Positions 46,347-58,812 of a stretch of DNA of 64,000 nucleotides are shown here, one piece after another. The translations under genes were made by a program, and so were the position numbers. The DNA is from Bigelowiella natans CCMP2755 (Eukaryota > Protista > Cercozoa), in the NCBI GenBank assembly GCA_000320545.1, contig ADNK01001076.1, positions 124,001 through 188,000 of the forward strand. The letters are read 5' to 3'. Numbering within the stretch: the first letter of the stretch is position 1; every line of letters starts with the position of its first letter. The notes under the pieces were generated by a model that saw only the letters and a program-made list of their open reading frames with translations, made no database searches and was not told the DNA's origin.

Positions 46347-47793
46347 GTAAACTTTAGGAGGTACGTAACTTATAACAACGGAAATACAGGAATCCATGGT
46401 ATTCTTCCTTCCCTTCTACTCCTCCTACTACTACTACTACTACTAATAATAATAATAATACTTAAAGTTCTACTTAATAATATCTTATTAAATGACGCTT
46501 GATGGTGGTAGTAGCTAGTACCTTTTTCCATTGTTTGTTGAAACACATTGCCTTCAATATGGCTGTGGTGGCAAATTCATGAGGATGATCTCCCAATCCT
46601 TCATAAATATGTGCAGCAATTTCCCATCGTCTTGCATTGCCACAAACATTTATCACACCGGACAGCACAACACGGTCAGGAGTAAAGGATCTTTCCGACA
46701 TCCTACGAAGAACTCCCACACCTAATATGTAGTGGTATATGATGATATTGATTTGTTTAATATACAACGTAGTATCGTATATGATGAAGTTGTTAATAAT
46801 AACTACCTCCTGCCCAGTCATTATTATTAACCATCAGCTTTGCGGACAAGGCATAACTGAAATTTCCTGGGAGATCTCGTCGATTGCGGTTCTCCATGTC
46901 CTCTAACAGCTGCACTCCGGCCTTATGTGCATTGCTCTCTGTCATTCCAAGAAGCACAGCATCAAATGAGATAACGGATGGCTGAACTTTCGCCTTCTCC
47001 ATCTTTCTCAAAAGGGCTAAGGCCTTTGGCCAATCGCCTCTCGAGCTATATGCTGCAATCACTGGAGTAAACGTTCTTGCATTCGGAACCATATTTGTTG
47101 TTGTTGTTGATGATGATGGTGATGAGGAGGAGGAGGAGGAGGAGGAGGAGGAGGAGGAGGTCTCTGGAAATGATGATGATATCGTTGACAACGCCGGTGA
47201 TGAAGATGAAGAAGAAGAAGAAGAAGATAATCTTTTTGGCGATGATCTTTGGGATGATACCACCCGTTGTTGTAGCATTTGTATGCTCATTTCTTCTGCT
47301 TCCTGAGAAAATGTTATGCGTTGTATTGCTGTTATTCTTATAAGTAGCAGTAGTCTTAGTATTATCATCCCATCCATAAAGAAGAAGAAGAAGAAGAAGA
47401 ATCATGATAACACACAAAAAGTGAAGGAGTATGTACTCAGGTTTCCCCCCCCCGCTCTCCTCCTCGCCTATTATTCTATTCTTTTCCAATAGTCATCATC
47501 ACCACCATCATCATCAAAAGCAACAATAATACATACCTCTACCAAGCCACCACGTGCATAAGCTCTAACAAGAGCACTCAGCCCAACAACGGTTGGCTTG
47601 AATCCTCTTAGTTTCATGTCTTGGAACAGCATAAGAGATTTCATCCTAATATAAGTAGTAATATATCATCATCATGTGTGGGGGGTTGCTGGGTGGGTGG
47701 GTGGGTGGTGGCACACTGTTCTTCATCATGATCATCATCACCCATCAAACTGTCCGTGTTGTTGATGGAAATGATGCCTCTGTTATTATTATA

Positions 47794-47824
<31 letters not shown>

Positions 47825-48686
47825 TCCATTACTTAGTACTAAGACTAGGGTTAATAATAATAGTAATGATACTAATAATACCAATCTCTCTCGCTTGCAC
47901 ACAGTGCCAGTAGCCTGTTGCACACTAGCAATGATATATCATACAACAGAGATCATCATGATGATGATGATGATGACTAATGAGGACGACGAATCCTATA
48001 TTCTCCAACCAATTCTATCAACCGTTTCATTGAAACTTAACAAGAAAATGACAAATCAAAATCAGCTCAAATTCAACTACATACCATATTCACACAATGA
48101 CGCAACTCTCGATTGAGCAGCAACTTCCGAACACTTCCCAACATATAAGCTGTATGCTTGAATTGCTTGTGTCAAATCTTCTTGATCTAGACGGTCTATA
48201 AGCTGGGCCCTTAAAGCTGCTATTTCTGGATTGTGATGATGATAATAGGAGGAAGAAGAACTCTCCTCATAAACCATCCTAGCAGCTCCTCCTGCTCGTA
48301 CTACATTATTTATCATTTGATTCCTTGATAGAGGGATTCTGGTCCCCCCACCCCTCATAATCCCCCTCCTTCTGCTGCTGCTACCTCTTCCTATGTCTCT
48401 CTGCTGCTGCTCCTGCAATGATAGCGACGACGAAGATGAGCAAGATGATAGTAACGACAATGAGGACATTGAAGAAGGATTCGATGATGTTGACGATAAC
48501 GATGATGACGATGATGATGATCTTGAGAGGGTTGGTTCTTGTGTGGTAGTAGAAGATGGTGACTTTTCTTTCACTTCAGAAACACGGCTAGGGCTGGACC
48601 AATCGTCCACGCGACGATGGTGGGAGGAGAAGACATGGTTGCATGTTATTTTATTGCTGCTTCTTCCTCCTCCTCCTCCTCCTCCT

Positions 48687-48717
<31 letters not shown>

Positions 48718-48718
48718 A

Positions 48719-48751
<33 letters not shown>

Positions 48752-48758
48752 GCTACTG

Positions 48759-48796
<38 letters not shown>

Positions 48797-49630
48797 GCAG
48801 CTGGTGCTGGTGCTGGTGGTGGTGGCGGTGCTGCTGCTTCGACGACTCGTACTACTACTACTCCTGCAACTGCTACTATTACTACTACTTCTACCATTAC
48901 TACTACTACTACTACTGCTGCTGCTAGCACCATCATTCCTATGATTTTGACCCATCATAAAATTGGGGTTTGTCCCTATCCTTGGAGGCTGTTGCGCGTG
49001 TTGGAGTACTATTCTATTTCCTAGAATTGAAAAAGGTGAGAAGGCATTTTGTGCCATGGTGCCTTGTATTGAGGGACCAGGGAGGAGATCCTCTTTTGTT
49101 GTTGTTGTTGTTGTTCTTCTTCTTCTTCCAAAGCCGCCACCACCACCACCACCACCACCACCACCTGCTGCTGCGTGAAGCTGCCTCCTGCTAGAAGCAA
49201 CCTGTTGCTGTGCGTGCGAGTAAACGTACCAACCTCTGCATCTTCTTCTTCTATGCATCGGTGCTGGAAGAAAATTATTCAGTGTCCTTATTATCCCTAG
49301 GGGTCTATCTTTAAATCGTCTTCGAGAAACACCATTGAGGCTACTTTGGAACAATGGGTTGTTACTACCGTCTGAGGCCACCGCAACAGCAGTAGCAGCA
49401 CCGATTCGACTTGATCCAACGCCTCTAGCTGCTGCTGCTGAGACTGACACACCGCCACCCACCAGAAGAAGATCATCATCACATAGTGTCGTCTTATCAT
49501 ATAACTTTGGATTATCCCTTCCTTGATTTCCCGGTGCTAGACAACGGAGCAGAAATCCGAGTAGCGCTGTCAATATTAGAGCCCATGTGCGTCGATAATA
49601 GTAGCAGACCGACGATTGCCGGCGTGCCAT
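42913..49630 (-). CDS. Pentatricopeptide repeat (PPR) protein, probably plastid-targeted, with large microsatellite-encoded low-complexity insertions
   Basis: Hydrophobic signal WALILTALLGFLL; PPR motifs PNARTFTPVIAAYSSRGDWPKALALLRKM, SVVTYNTLLNAYATKKQWQKAEQVLESM, PDAYSYAEVIKACSDAGQ, PTHITTTALISAYTRGRQWELAL. The last exon is tentative. Confidence 0.9.
48663..48920. repeat. Compound (CCT)n/(CTA)n/(GGT)n microsatellite in PPR exon 1 encoding poly-Gly/Ser/Thr
   Basis: Direct sequence; representative of the many trinucleotide and dinucleotide repeats in introns and exons. Confidence 0.9.
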
Positions 49631-50161
49631 GACTTATGTGTGATACAATTCAAATCCCATTTACAAGAACTTCGATGGGAATTAATTCAATGAGGAAATT
49701 ATGCCTCAGTGAGGGGTGGAGGGGGGGGTGCCGCTGTCACGCTCCAGCTCCTCCCTCTTACCTCCACGGTTAATCAGCGAGTCTATTGCGAAAACTGACC
49801 GAATCGGCCTGTATTTCACGAAATATTTCTCAAAATCGGGAAGATGGGGATTCCTGTGGTGCAAATAAAGTCGTACACGCTCTTTGTCTCTGTCTTATCT
49901 TGTCTTCCTTCGTCAAGGACCAAGGATTTCCCATTATTTTCCTACTACTCCGAGCACATCTACTACGACAACGAGAACGACTGCAATAATGAACAAATCG
50001 CCCTTCTTTCCTGCTGAACAGAACACCAAGAACAAGAACGACGACATCATCAGCAGACATTTGAATATTTTGAATGGGGTGTCAGCACCACCACCACCAC
50101 CACCAGCAGTCTTTTCAGTAGTGTGATCCTCATCATAATGTTCTTCATTTTAAGATTCCCT

Positions 50162-51070
50162 ATGCTCGCGATTCTTCTTGGAGCAACGCTTTTAACATCT
50201 GATGATTCTTTGGTGGCAGCAAGAAAAATAAGGGAGAGATTGAAGCACCATTTGGAACCGTCCAAAGACGCGTTAATATCCATGGTTCCTATCTCGAGAG
50301 ACATGTTTGATGCATATAAGGATGACTGTCATCATCCAATTGATAAGACTTTAGTGGATTCTGCAATGGAGAAGGCAGAGATAGAGTCTGAAAGGCTTTT
50401 ACAAGAAGAGATATCCAACCAATGTGGTGAATCGACGCCATGTGAAATAGAGAAACGACGACAGATCTCACGAGAGGAAGTGATTGGTGCTTTACAAGCC
50501 CTGTATCCTGGAATAAAGATCGATGAACCTTGTGCTATCCAAAACTGGTTGAGTAAATGATTTTTCTTTGTAATCTGGGAAATATTAAAGCAAAATAACA
50601 ATTGGCTTCGATTATTGCAGGTTCGAAAGAAAACAGCAAGAAGCCGACATGAAACTACTCGCAACAACAAAGACAGGAGGTAAAAAATAGAACTCCGTAT
50701 ATTAGATGGAATTTGTTATTTATAAATTATGGTAATTATGACATAAATTGATAGAATAACATAGTTTCTGTTCCATCAAGGTTTTTCCAATGGAACAAAA
50801 CCTGCAACAATAATCGCTTTCGGAGAAGAAAGACGGACAAGTAATATTCCTAAAGCCCTACGAAGGAAAGGCATAACTGAAGATGATATGGAATCAATGA
50901 CCTATGATTTCAATCTTAATGACGAGCTCTCAACAAAATCTACGGACATAGTGAATGCAAAAATTCTAGACATTGGAGCTACGAGGGTACTTAATGGGGC
51001 AGATGAGGCCATCACTGTGGGCTGTTCGGGGCCAATCTGCGAAAGTATTGAGCAACTTGAGACGTCTTGA
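50162..51070 (+). CDS. Hypothetical three-exon protein with a signal-peptide-like start
   Basis: MLAILLGATLLTS...; GT-AG introns at ~50549-50620 and ~50680-50780 keep the frame to ...EQLETS*. No family recognised. Confidence 0.55.
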
Positions 51071-51473
51071 AGTGCAAATCATAATTCTACACAATGCCTT
51101 GCCAATGTGAGTAATGTATTCGCTACATTACATCTGCATGTTAAGATCGTAAGAATTTTTGGAGTCATGTCAGCGGTATGATAACCACGGCCAGCTTTTC
51201 TTGTACATGTGCGATGCAGCTGATCCGTGATAATGATCATATTTGTGACAATGTTGATTGCATTGCAATGTTGCTCATGACTGGCATCATGTTGACAATG
51301 CAGAGACGATGCTAACGCATGCGCTTTTTGCACTGCAAGCGCATCTTGCATCTAGCTGGATGGCAACTAAACGACCAATGCAAATTAGCTAGTTGTAGTT
51401 CAACATCATTGAGCTACATGACGTGCAAGATGTGGCTTGTTTGACAATGTGAGGCGCTCGTGCTCAAGTGCTA

Positions 51474-52730
51474 GGTTTGTTTCTCCAGACTCGTCTCGCC
51501 CAGAGCTCGCGTCATCACACCATTGCGCATGGTGCACCGCTCAACTGCTTTTGTTGTTGTGGCGCAGCTCCTTGCAGGCGCCACCATCGCAGCACGCAGC
51601 AACGATGTCAGCATGCATGTCAACTTCTTTCTCAACACGCAATGCATGGCAGCAATGTCTCGATTGTCGTGCAGCGTGGAGCGCGGCAGCGATGCAGTGA
51701 CGACAACAGCGAAAGCAAAGGAGCATCGAGAAGCGCAAGCCAAGGCGCACACGGCAACACAAGTCGCACCGGAGCGCACGTGCACAAAGAGTGCGCTTTT
51801 TTCCAAGCAGCACCCAGGGCAGAAAGTTCCAGAACTTTCTTTCGACTGGCGACCAGTGCCCAGGGTGAGCTCTGGAGTTGAGCTCTGCGCATGCGTTCCC
51901 GTTGTGCGCTCCCAGTCTGCTCTCATCACTTCACCACCCGCACACAACACTTCGAGGCCTCGAGAGACAGAACTCAAAATCCCAACAGACAGAACAGAAC
52001 TCAAAATCCCAACAGACAGAACAGAACTCAAAATCCCAACAAACAGAACAGAACTCAAAATCCCAATCAACAAAAGACTTCAAGCAACAAAGAGAAAAAC
52101 ACAACCCAAAACCACAAACAACCCCAAACGACAAACAAACCCAAAACGACAAAAAGCCAAACAAAGACAAAGAAAACCAAGAAGACCAAGAGACCAACGA
52201 TGACGAAAGTTGACAACAACAGCGGACCAACACACGAAGACAACAAAGACGAGGCACACCAACACTCAGGCACATCGCCCCAACAAGCTTGCGCTTCAGT
52301 GCCACCCGTTCAGAAGCCCGCAGCTTGCCTTGACCACGAGATCAAGGACGATGGCCCGGCTGCGGCCGTTTTGCATGCGAACGGTTTCAATGACGCGCTG
52401 CATCACTGTGCCATGCCTGTGGCCGCAGAGCCGCCAAAAGTTTTTCCAATGAACACTCGCATGCCAACGCCTCCCACCAATGGTGACAGTGATGATGCAA
52501 CACCGCGCAGCGCGACATTGTGCAGTTTTGATCATTCACGGCGACGCGAACAGACGAAAGAATCCGCCCCTTGTGCGCATCATGGCCTCGGCCATGGCGG
52601 TTGTTGGCACAGGTGGCGTGTTGCATGGCCAGACAGCGTGTGTCTTCACAGCTTGTGGAGCAAAGCCACCACTTCCAAAATTTTGTCACATGGTTGCAGC
52701 AGACACACAGCAGTGCACAGTTGTGTGGCT
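51474..52730 (+). mobile_element. TA-free decayed element, possibly the 5' part of an LTR retrotransposon (PBS-like TGGCGACC, repeat-containing leader, gag/ORF1-like remnant from ATG 52200)
   Basis: No TpA across the interval; TGGCGACCAGTG at ~51847; 27-bp tandem array; His/Cys-rich, Tyr-free reading frame. The element class is inferred. Confidence 0.4.
51967..52066 (+). repeat. 27-bp tandem repeat, ~3.7 copies (acagaactcaaaatcccaacagacaga)
   Basis: Units start at 51967, 51994, 52021 and 52048; there are no spacers. Confidence 0.95.
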
Positions 52731-53239
52731 ACATGCAACTAGGCACATGCATGCTGCATGCCAATTGTGCAGCAAACCTGCATGAACAGTCTGTTCATCA
52801 TCTGTCTCAGGTTGCACAGGTGACACACATTGTCATGGAGGTTTGTGCTGTGTCTATCGGATGTCATAGCGCAATTACACCCTGCAGCGCAACAACACAT
52901 CACGAGACTCTGTGCAAGAATTGAATTTTTTAGATGAGAAATGTTGAACAAATGGTGTAGTCATACAATAAGCTTGCTGGAACACTCCGCACCATCCCTA
53001 AAAGTGTTAATCCGACAAGCTTTCCAATCAAAAACTATACTGCATATATAAAGTGTCCTACTATCATGCCCCCTACTCCATATCGGGCCATATAGGCCTA
53101 TAGGAAATGATGGTCTATTGTAGTTAGAATTTTTCGCGTGTCGTATCCATCTTACAAAACTGACTGCTTGATTATGGTTCCAACTACAAAGTAGACTGCC
53201 GATGGTATATAAGCAGATCGTCGGTGATTAATGCTTCAT

Positions 53240-55099
53240 TTAACGCAATGCATTTGCTTCTTGAAGGAGTGTGTTCAGCTCTGCAATGTTGGTAAAGATC
53301 AGATGTATTAGTTACAATCATTATTTATACATAAATCTGAGTATGGGTATGTGTACCAAACACAGAGTATTCGTTTTTTTCTCATTACATTTCTGTTAGG
53401 TATATCACGACCTTGTCGTTTCATTGACGCTACACCTCCAACTGGACCATCATAGCATCCTCCGATGAACCTTTGGAGGGGTATCAATGTTCAATAATAT
53501 GTGAAATACCAACCGACCCTAGGCTTCGTTCCTTTTAAGCAGCAGTAGCAGCAGCACAGCAGCAGCCGTTGAGGCAACAACTACTACTAATTACCTGTTA
53601 TTAAGCCATATGGATGGGAGCGAGGTCCTCCCAGTTCGCTCAGCAAGCTGTGCTCGTATTGCAACACTATTTTGTAAGCTCTCTAAAGGTACATATCTGT
53701 AGTTTGCTCCAACCTACAGGATATACGATATCATTTGAAAATATAGATGTAAGAACGACAATCTATCCTCAAAGTTAACTATTTAACAAGTTAGCGTGTT
53801 AGTATTTAAGTAGAATCTACATCAAAGTTGTTTCCACCACCTTCTGAAGGGTGTTCAAAGCTTTCTTAGTGAATGGTGAGTACGATGCACCAAAAACCAC
53901 CATTGGTGCAGATGCTAGAATTCTCTCAATTTCTGCCTACTCAACCATGTTAATTTAGTTTCTGCAGCGAATCCAAACTATTTAGTGTCAAAACAACCAA
54001 CCTCAACTGATGACTTGTCGAATTCCCCTGCAGCTGTCTTCCATAACCACAATTTGAGATCATTGAATGGACTGTTTGAAACCTAATTCAAAATGAAAAG
54101 TTAAGTAATGAGCGAAAGAATAAGAAGCCGTTACGCAAGTAGTATCCTCCTCATCATCATCAATCATCATTATCCGATCACTAACACCGTCATCATTCCG
54201 CGCAAGACTTGTAACTATAAAAAGTCCTGATTACAATTAGTATTACTTTCACAGTGAAGGTGTTCATTGCTTGAAGCATCCATTCCATATACAGATCTTG
54301 TCCAAGAGTATCCAAGGAAGTTCCTTCCACATCAGGAACAATATCAATGAAACAGAAGGTGCTACGATATAATGGGAAATATCCTCAAAGCAAATCAGGA
54401 CTTAATTCCAACACTTCATCATCATCATCATCATAATCAAATTTCTATCTCTTCTTGTTCGTTCCCATCATAATACCATCGTTTTCGGGAAGAGACTCTG
54501 AAATTGCTTTGAGAAGATCCTCCTCCCCTTCTCTCTCTTCCTTCTTTGCATTGTCCTTTCAAATCGATTATTTTACCCTCAGTATGTATTTGAGAATTTC
54601 AGGTGAGAGTATGCACTCACATTTGAAGAGCTACTTTCCACATCGATTGCCAGCAAACCGAAATCACGATGTTTGAGAAATGAAGATGGTTCGGTTTTTG
54701 AGCTGTCTGAAACTAATTCAGTTAGTATCCATGAGACATTCGATAGAGTTGTGTGTGCAAAACTATAATAGGGTTGATACTGAATAATAAGTGACTACCA
54801 CTAGATATGCTGCGAAGTGTGTTAAACGTGGGCTGTTGCTTTGAGAACTCCATCCTACACAATAATACGCACACATTGGTGGTAGCTCATTTGTCATATA
54901 TGATTTCTAATAACTAACTATGTCGTCACCTATTCTTCAACTACCTCTTCATCTTCCCTATGTTGTACATTGTTGGTGAGGAAGGCACTTGATGATAAGC
55001 ACTTCCAGTTTTTCTCAATGCCCGAGCTGCAGTCTTAATGGCAATAGCCCTGCTGCTGCTATGGGTGATAGCTAACAGACTTGCTACAAATAGCAGCAT
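53240..55099 (-). CDS. Glutaredoxin-like protein with signal and transit-like leader (probably plastid-targeted), non-canonical active site
   Basis: Exons AEIERILASAPMVVFGASYSPFTKKALNTL / IRAQLAERTGRTSLPSIWLN / FIGGCYDGPVGGVA; leader MLLFVASLLAITHSSSRA. The middle exons are uncertain. Confidence 0.8.
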
Positions 55100-56364
55100 G
55101 ATGATGTGTATCCCTTTTGAAAACGGTTGAGTTTGTCCTGATTGAGTTTGGAAGTGAGAACACTTTAGGCCCTTGCCGACGAAGAAGCTGGGTAGTGTTC
55201 CCTATAGCTACGCGAAATTATGAACTAAGTGACATCATACACTCTTCCACCAACGTGTGCGAGCCTGCTTTTCTGTGTTATTATTTTCGATCGATATTCT
55301 CGAAGAGTTGTACCGAAGAGTAGCAGAATTCGAATTCAAAGAATGAAATGAATGGAGGAGGAGGAGAGACACCACACACCACACGACGACGACGAGGCAG
55401 CACCTTTTCTCCTACATACGGAAATGTTGTCGTACGCCATGGAACGCAATTCTATTTTGATCAAATTTGACTGCTATGGATTGTCGCATATCACATTACA
55501 TCTACTATTTGTCCTTTTTTTTTACCGAATTTTGAGTACTCGTAGATGATTGTCGCATTGAACATGACACAGTGTTTCAACAAAATATGAGCAATGAAGG
55601 TTGTCGCAGATTATTAAACGCCTGCGACAACAACAACAACAACAACAACGATGCCAATTCCCATCTCAATTCGAACAGCAACATCTACTTGCTCCTACTA
55701 CCTGACGGATGTTGAAGAATAAATAGATCTAGTAGCGGTAGGGGAGGGAGAGGGAGGGGCTAAGGTAGTGTACAGTAGGAGGAGGAGGAGGAGGAGGAGG
55801 AGGAGGATATTTCCAAGACAGGATTATCCTGTCACTCTCCTCTGTGATGCAAATATGTAAAGTGGTGATGATGATGATGATGGCTGAAGACTTCGATTTT
55901 ATCATACATATTGTGTAAATTTAGATATGATGTGTTTGAGGGGGAACGAAAACGACTGAAGAACAGGTCGTCATCATACACAGTAGTAATGAATCTTATA
56001 GTTGGTGGTGAGAAGAGCCCCTCCTCCTCTCTATAGCAATGTAGTCTGCAAACTGCACTCCTCTTTGCATTGCCTGCTCGTAGGTAGTAGAGTGGGTTAA
56101 GGACAGCATTCCAAATGGCGGCAAGAGTACTACTTGCGCCTTTTGGATACACGCCACTTTGGTTGTCAAAGCTGGTCAGTGAAGAGGCGATTGTCGCGTC
56201 CACCCGCCTAAGCGAAAAGAAAAGGAGCAATACCTTCTTTGTACCAATTCTGCTCGAGTTCCTTCCCTCGCTACGAATTGCGTATGATGCCCCCATTGCT
56301 AAAACACATCATTTTTGCTACTGCTTTGATTTGTACAATTATTATTATTCTACAAACTAGGAAC

Positions 56365-56415
56365 ATGGTTGGTGGGTACTTGACGGAAAACACTTCGGCA
56401 CTTACACAACTCCAG

Positions 56416-56454
<39 letters not shown>

Positions 56455-57193
56455 GTTGATGATGACACACATCTAGTCGTTCAATACCTCTACTGCTACT
56501 ACTACGTACTACTCCTACTCTATGATGATGATATTATCCTCTCGACGATTTTATCATCAATATCATCTATCCTCCAAGGAACTCGGTGTTTTCATCTCAA
56601 CCCCCTCTGCTGCTTCTTCAACGTCTATTGCGCTTATTGACTTGCGCGATCGAGAAATGTTCCAGCAAGAATCAACGGGGGGGCACCTCGAAGGGTACAA
56701 TAAACACGTCATATCAATAGATAGTTTACATCATTAGTATTTATGTATTATGTTCTTCGTTCATCTCATTGTTGTATGATTCAAGTCGGCTATTATTCAA
56801 ATTGAGTATTATAGTAGTGGTAGTAGAAGTGGTATAAGGGGTAGTTGTAGTAGTAGTTAGTTGTGGTAGTAGAGTAGCCAAACGGTTTTCTACGACATCA
56901 TCATACTGTTTTCCTCCTGCAAATATGTTGTAGTAGTATAGTATCACTTATGAACAATATGAGCAGAGAAAGTAGTGAAATCAACTTCTCATATCATATC
57001 CCTTCCTCAGCAAAATAAATGTCACAATTTTGGATGAATCTCATTGAAACAATCAATTAATCAACCAATCCTCTTTCTTTTGGGTAAAGTGCTATATAGT
57101 ACAATCCTATAAATACTACTACTAAGTTGTTCTTCTCTTCAGATGCTATTGCATCCCTCTCAGGGAATTTGGGAAAGTAGTTGTAGTAGTAGC

Positions 57194-57239
<46 letters not shown>

Positions 57240-57477
57240 TGTGTGTGAATACTAAATACGATCAACACTACTACTACTGCCTCTTATCTTGATAAGTAAA
57301 CAATAAAATTCAAACCTGAGAGGGGGGGAGAGAGAGAGAAAGAAAGAGAGAGATTCTTACTCAGCAGCAGTTGTTGTCGTCAGACATGATCGTGAATAAG
57401 ACGAGGAGGAGAGTCGAAGAATAGAATAAAACATTATCATCATGCCAGAGACCCGTCCTTCCTTTTTTGTAGAGTGT

Positions 57478-57511
<34 letters not shown>

Positions 57512-58774
57512 ATAAGAGGAATGGATGTTGTTGATTAGGCATGGATTCGAAACACCACCTCGCCACGTGCACATTGTATTCTTCAGTCCTCTTGGAGAGG
57601 TTGTATGTAATCTTTCTGGAAGAAGAAAAATTATCTCTTTCCGATTAGCTCTTGTAGTAACACCGGCACCTTAATTATATCGACTTCCCCGTTGTTATTC
57701 CAAGATCATGTATGTATTTACCTACCTAATAGCAGACGATATGATGATGATGATGATGATGTCGCTTGGAATGGATGGGTGGATCAATAGATGCTAATAG
57801 CCAGCACCCTCCTCCTCCACCAGTTTTGATGATAATAATAATAATTATAATAATAACATTTTTTGCTAGCTGGTTGATGTAAGGAAGTGGGAAAGAAGGA
57901 ACGATTTTACAATGTTTCACGTCGATGATGCTTAATTGTTATGTGTATGTTGTTGTTGTTGTTGTTGTTGTTGTTACATGTTTAGGTGGCCAAATGTCAA
58001 CGATTCCTCACATTGCATGCACGACTATTTCCATCCTACTCGGTAAAGCCGTACTATCTATATTGTTCTTTCAAATTGTTATAATTCTAGTGATTCATGG
58101 CTGCTGCCATTATGATTATGATTATTATTATTAGTAGTAGTATCATCATCAATCCTCATAATTAGTTATTGGAATACTCAAAAGATCTTTGGAGATATGC
58201 GGCTTCAAAAGGGGTTCGTCCATCCACCTTGTCGTCATCTACCTTGCTTATATCGTCTATTGCGCACAAATCACTGCTGCTACTGCCTTGATGACGACAT
58301 AATCCCTGAAAGATGTTATTGCACTTGTTGTTGTCTTCGTCTCCATGATCTTCTCCTCCTCCCCCTCCTCCTTATCATCTAATATTAGATATTGGAATTT
58401 GGACCTTCTCCTCCCGGTCGGTGGTTTTTTTCTACAATGTGGAAAATGATGATTATTATATTAATGACTACGACGAAAACAGTGATGCCAACTACTACCC
58501 TTCCTCCCTCCCTTTCTCCCTCCCATAAGTAGGAAGGCTTTTATTTCCTATGAATCCGCTACTGGACCAGGTTCTTGTAAGATTATTTTCATTTTGTATG
58601 TCCATCATAACAAATGAACAAGTAGCAGCAAATACAATAACATACACGGTGAATGAAATCAAGTTCAACGAACATAATGGTGATGCCGTATTGATTGATT
58701 GATTACTACTCTTATTTCCCTGTTATTGTTCTTCTAATGTTTCTCTTTCTGTTTATATATATATTTATATATAT

Positions 58775-58812
<38 letters not shown>

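Noticed and set aside
48393-49194. Plus-strand poly-L/poly-Y/poly-T ORFs
   Set aside because: Shadow frames of trinucleotide repeats in PPR exon 1; most short ORFs in the supplied track are likewise microsatellite artefacts
51967-52066. 27-bp repeats resembling a CRISPR array
   Set aside because: Head-to-tail units with no spacers, no cas genes, and eukaryotic context
51437-52951. Pile-up of long overlapping ORFs in all six frames
   Set aside because: Artefact of TA loss, which removes TAA/TAG stops; the products are Tyr-free and Cys/His-rich. The same applies at 21765-22544, 33753-34849, 41534-42668 and 62317-63080.
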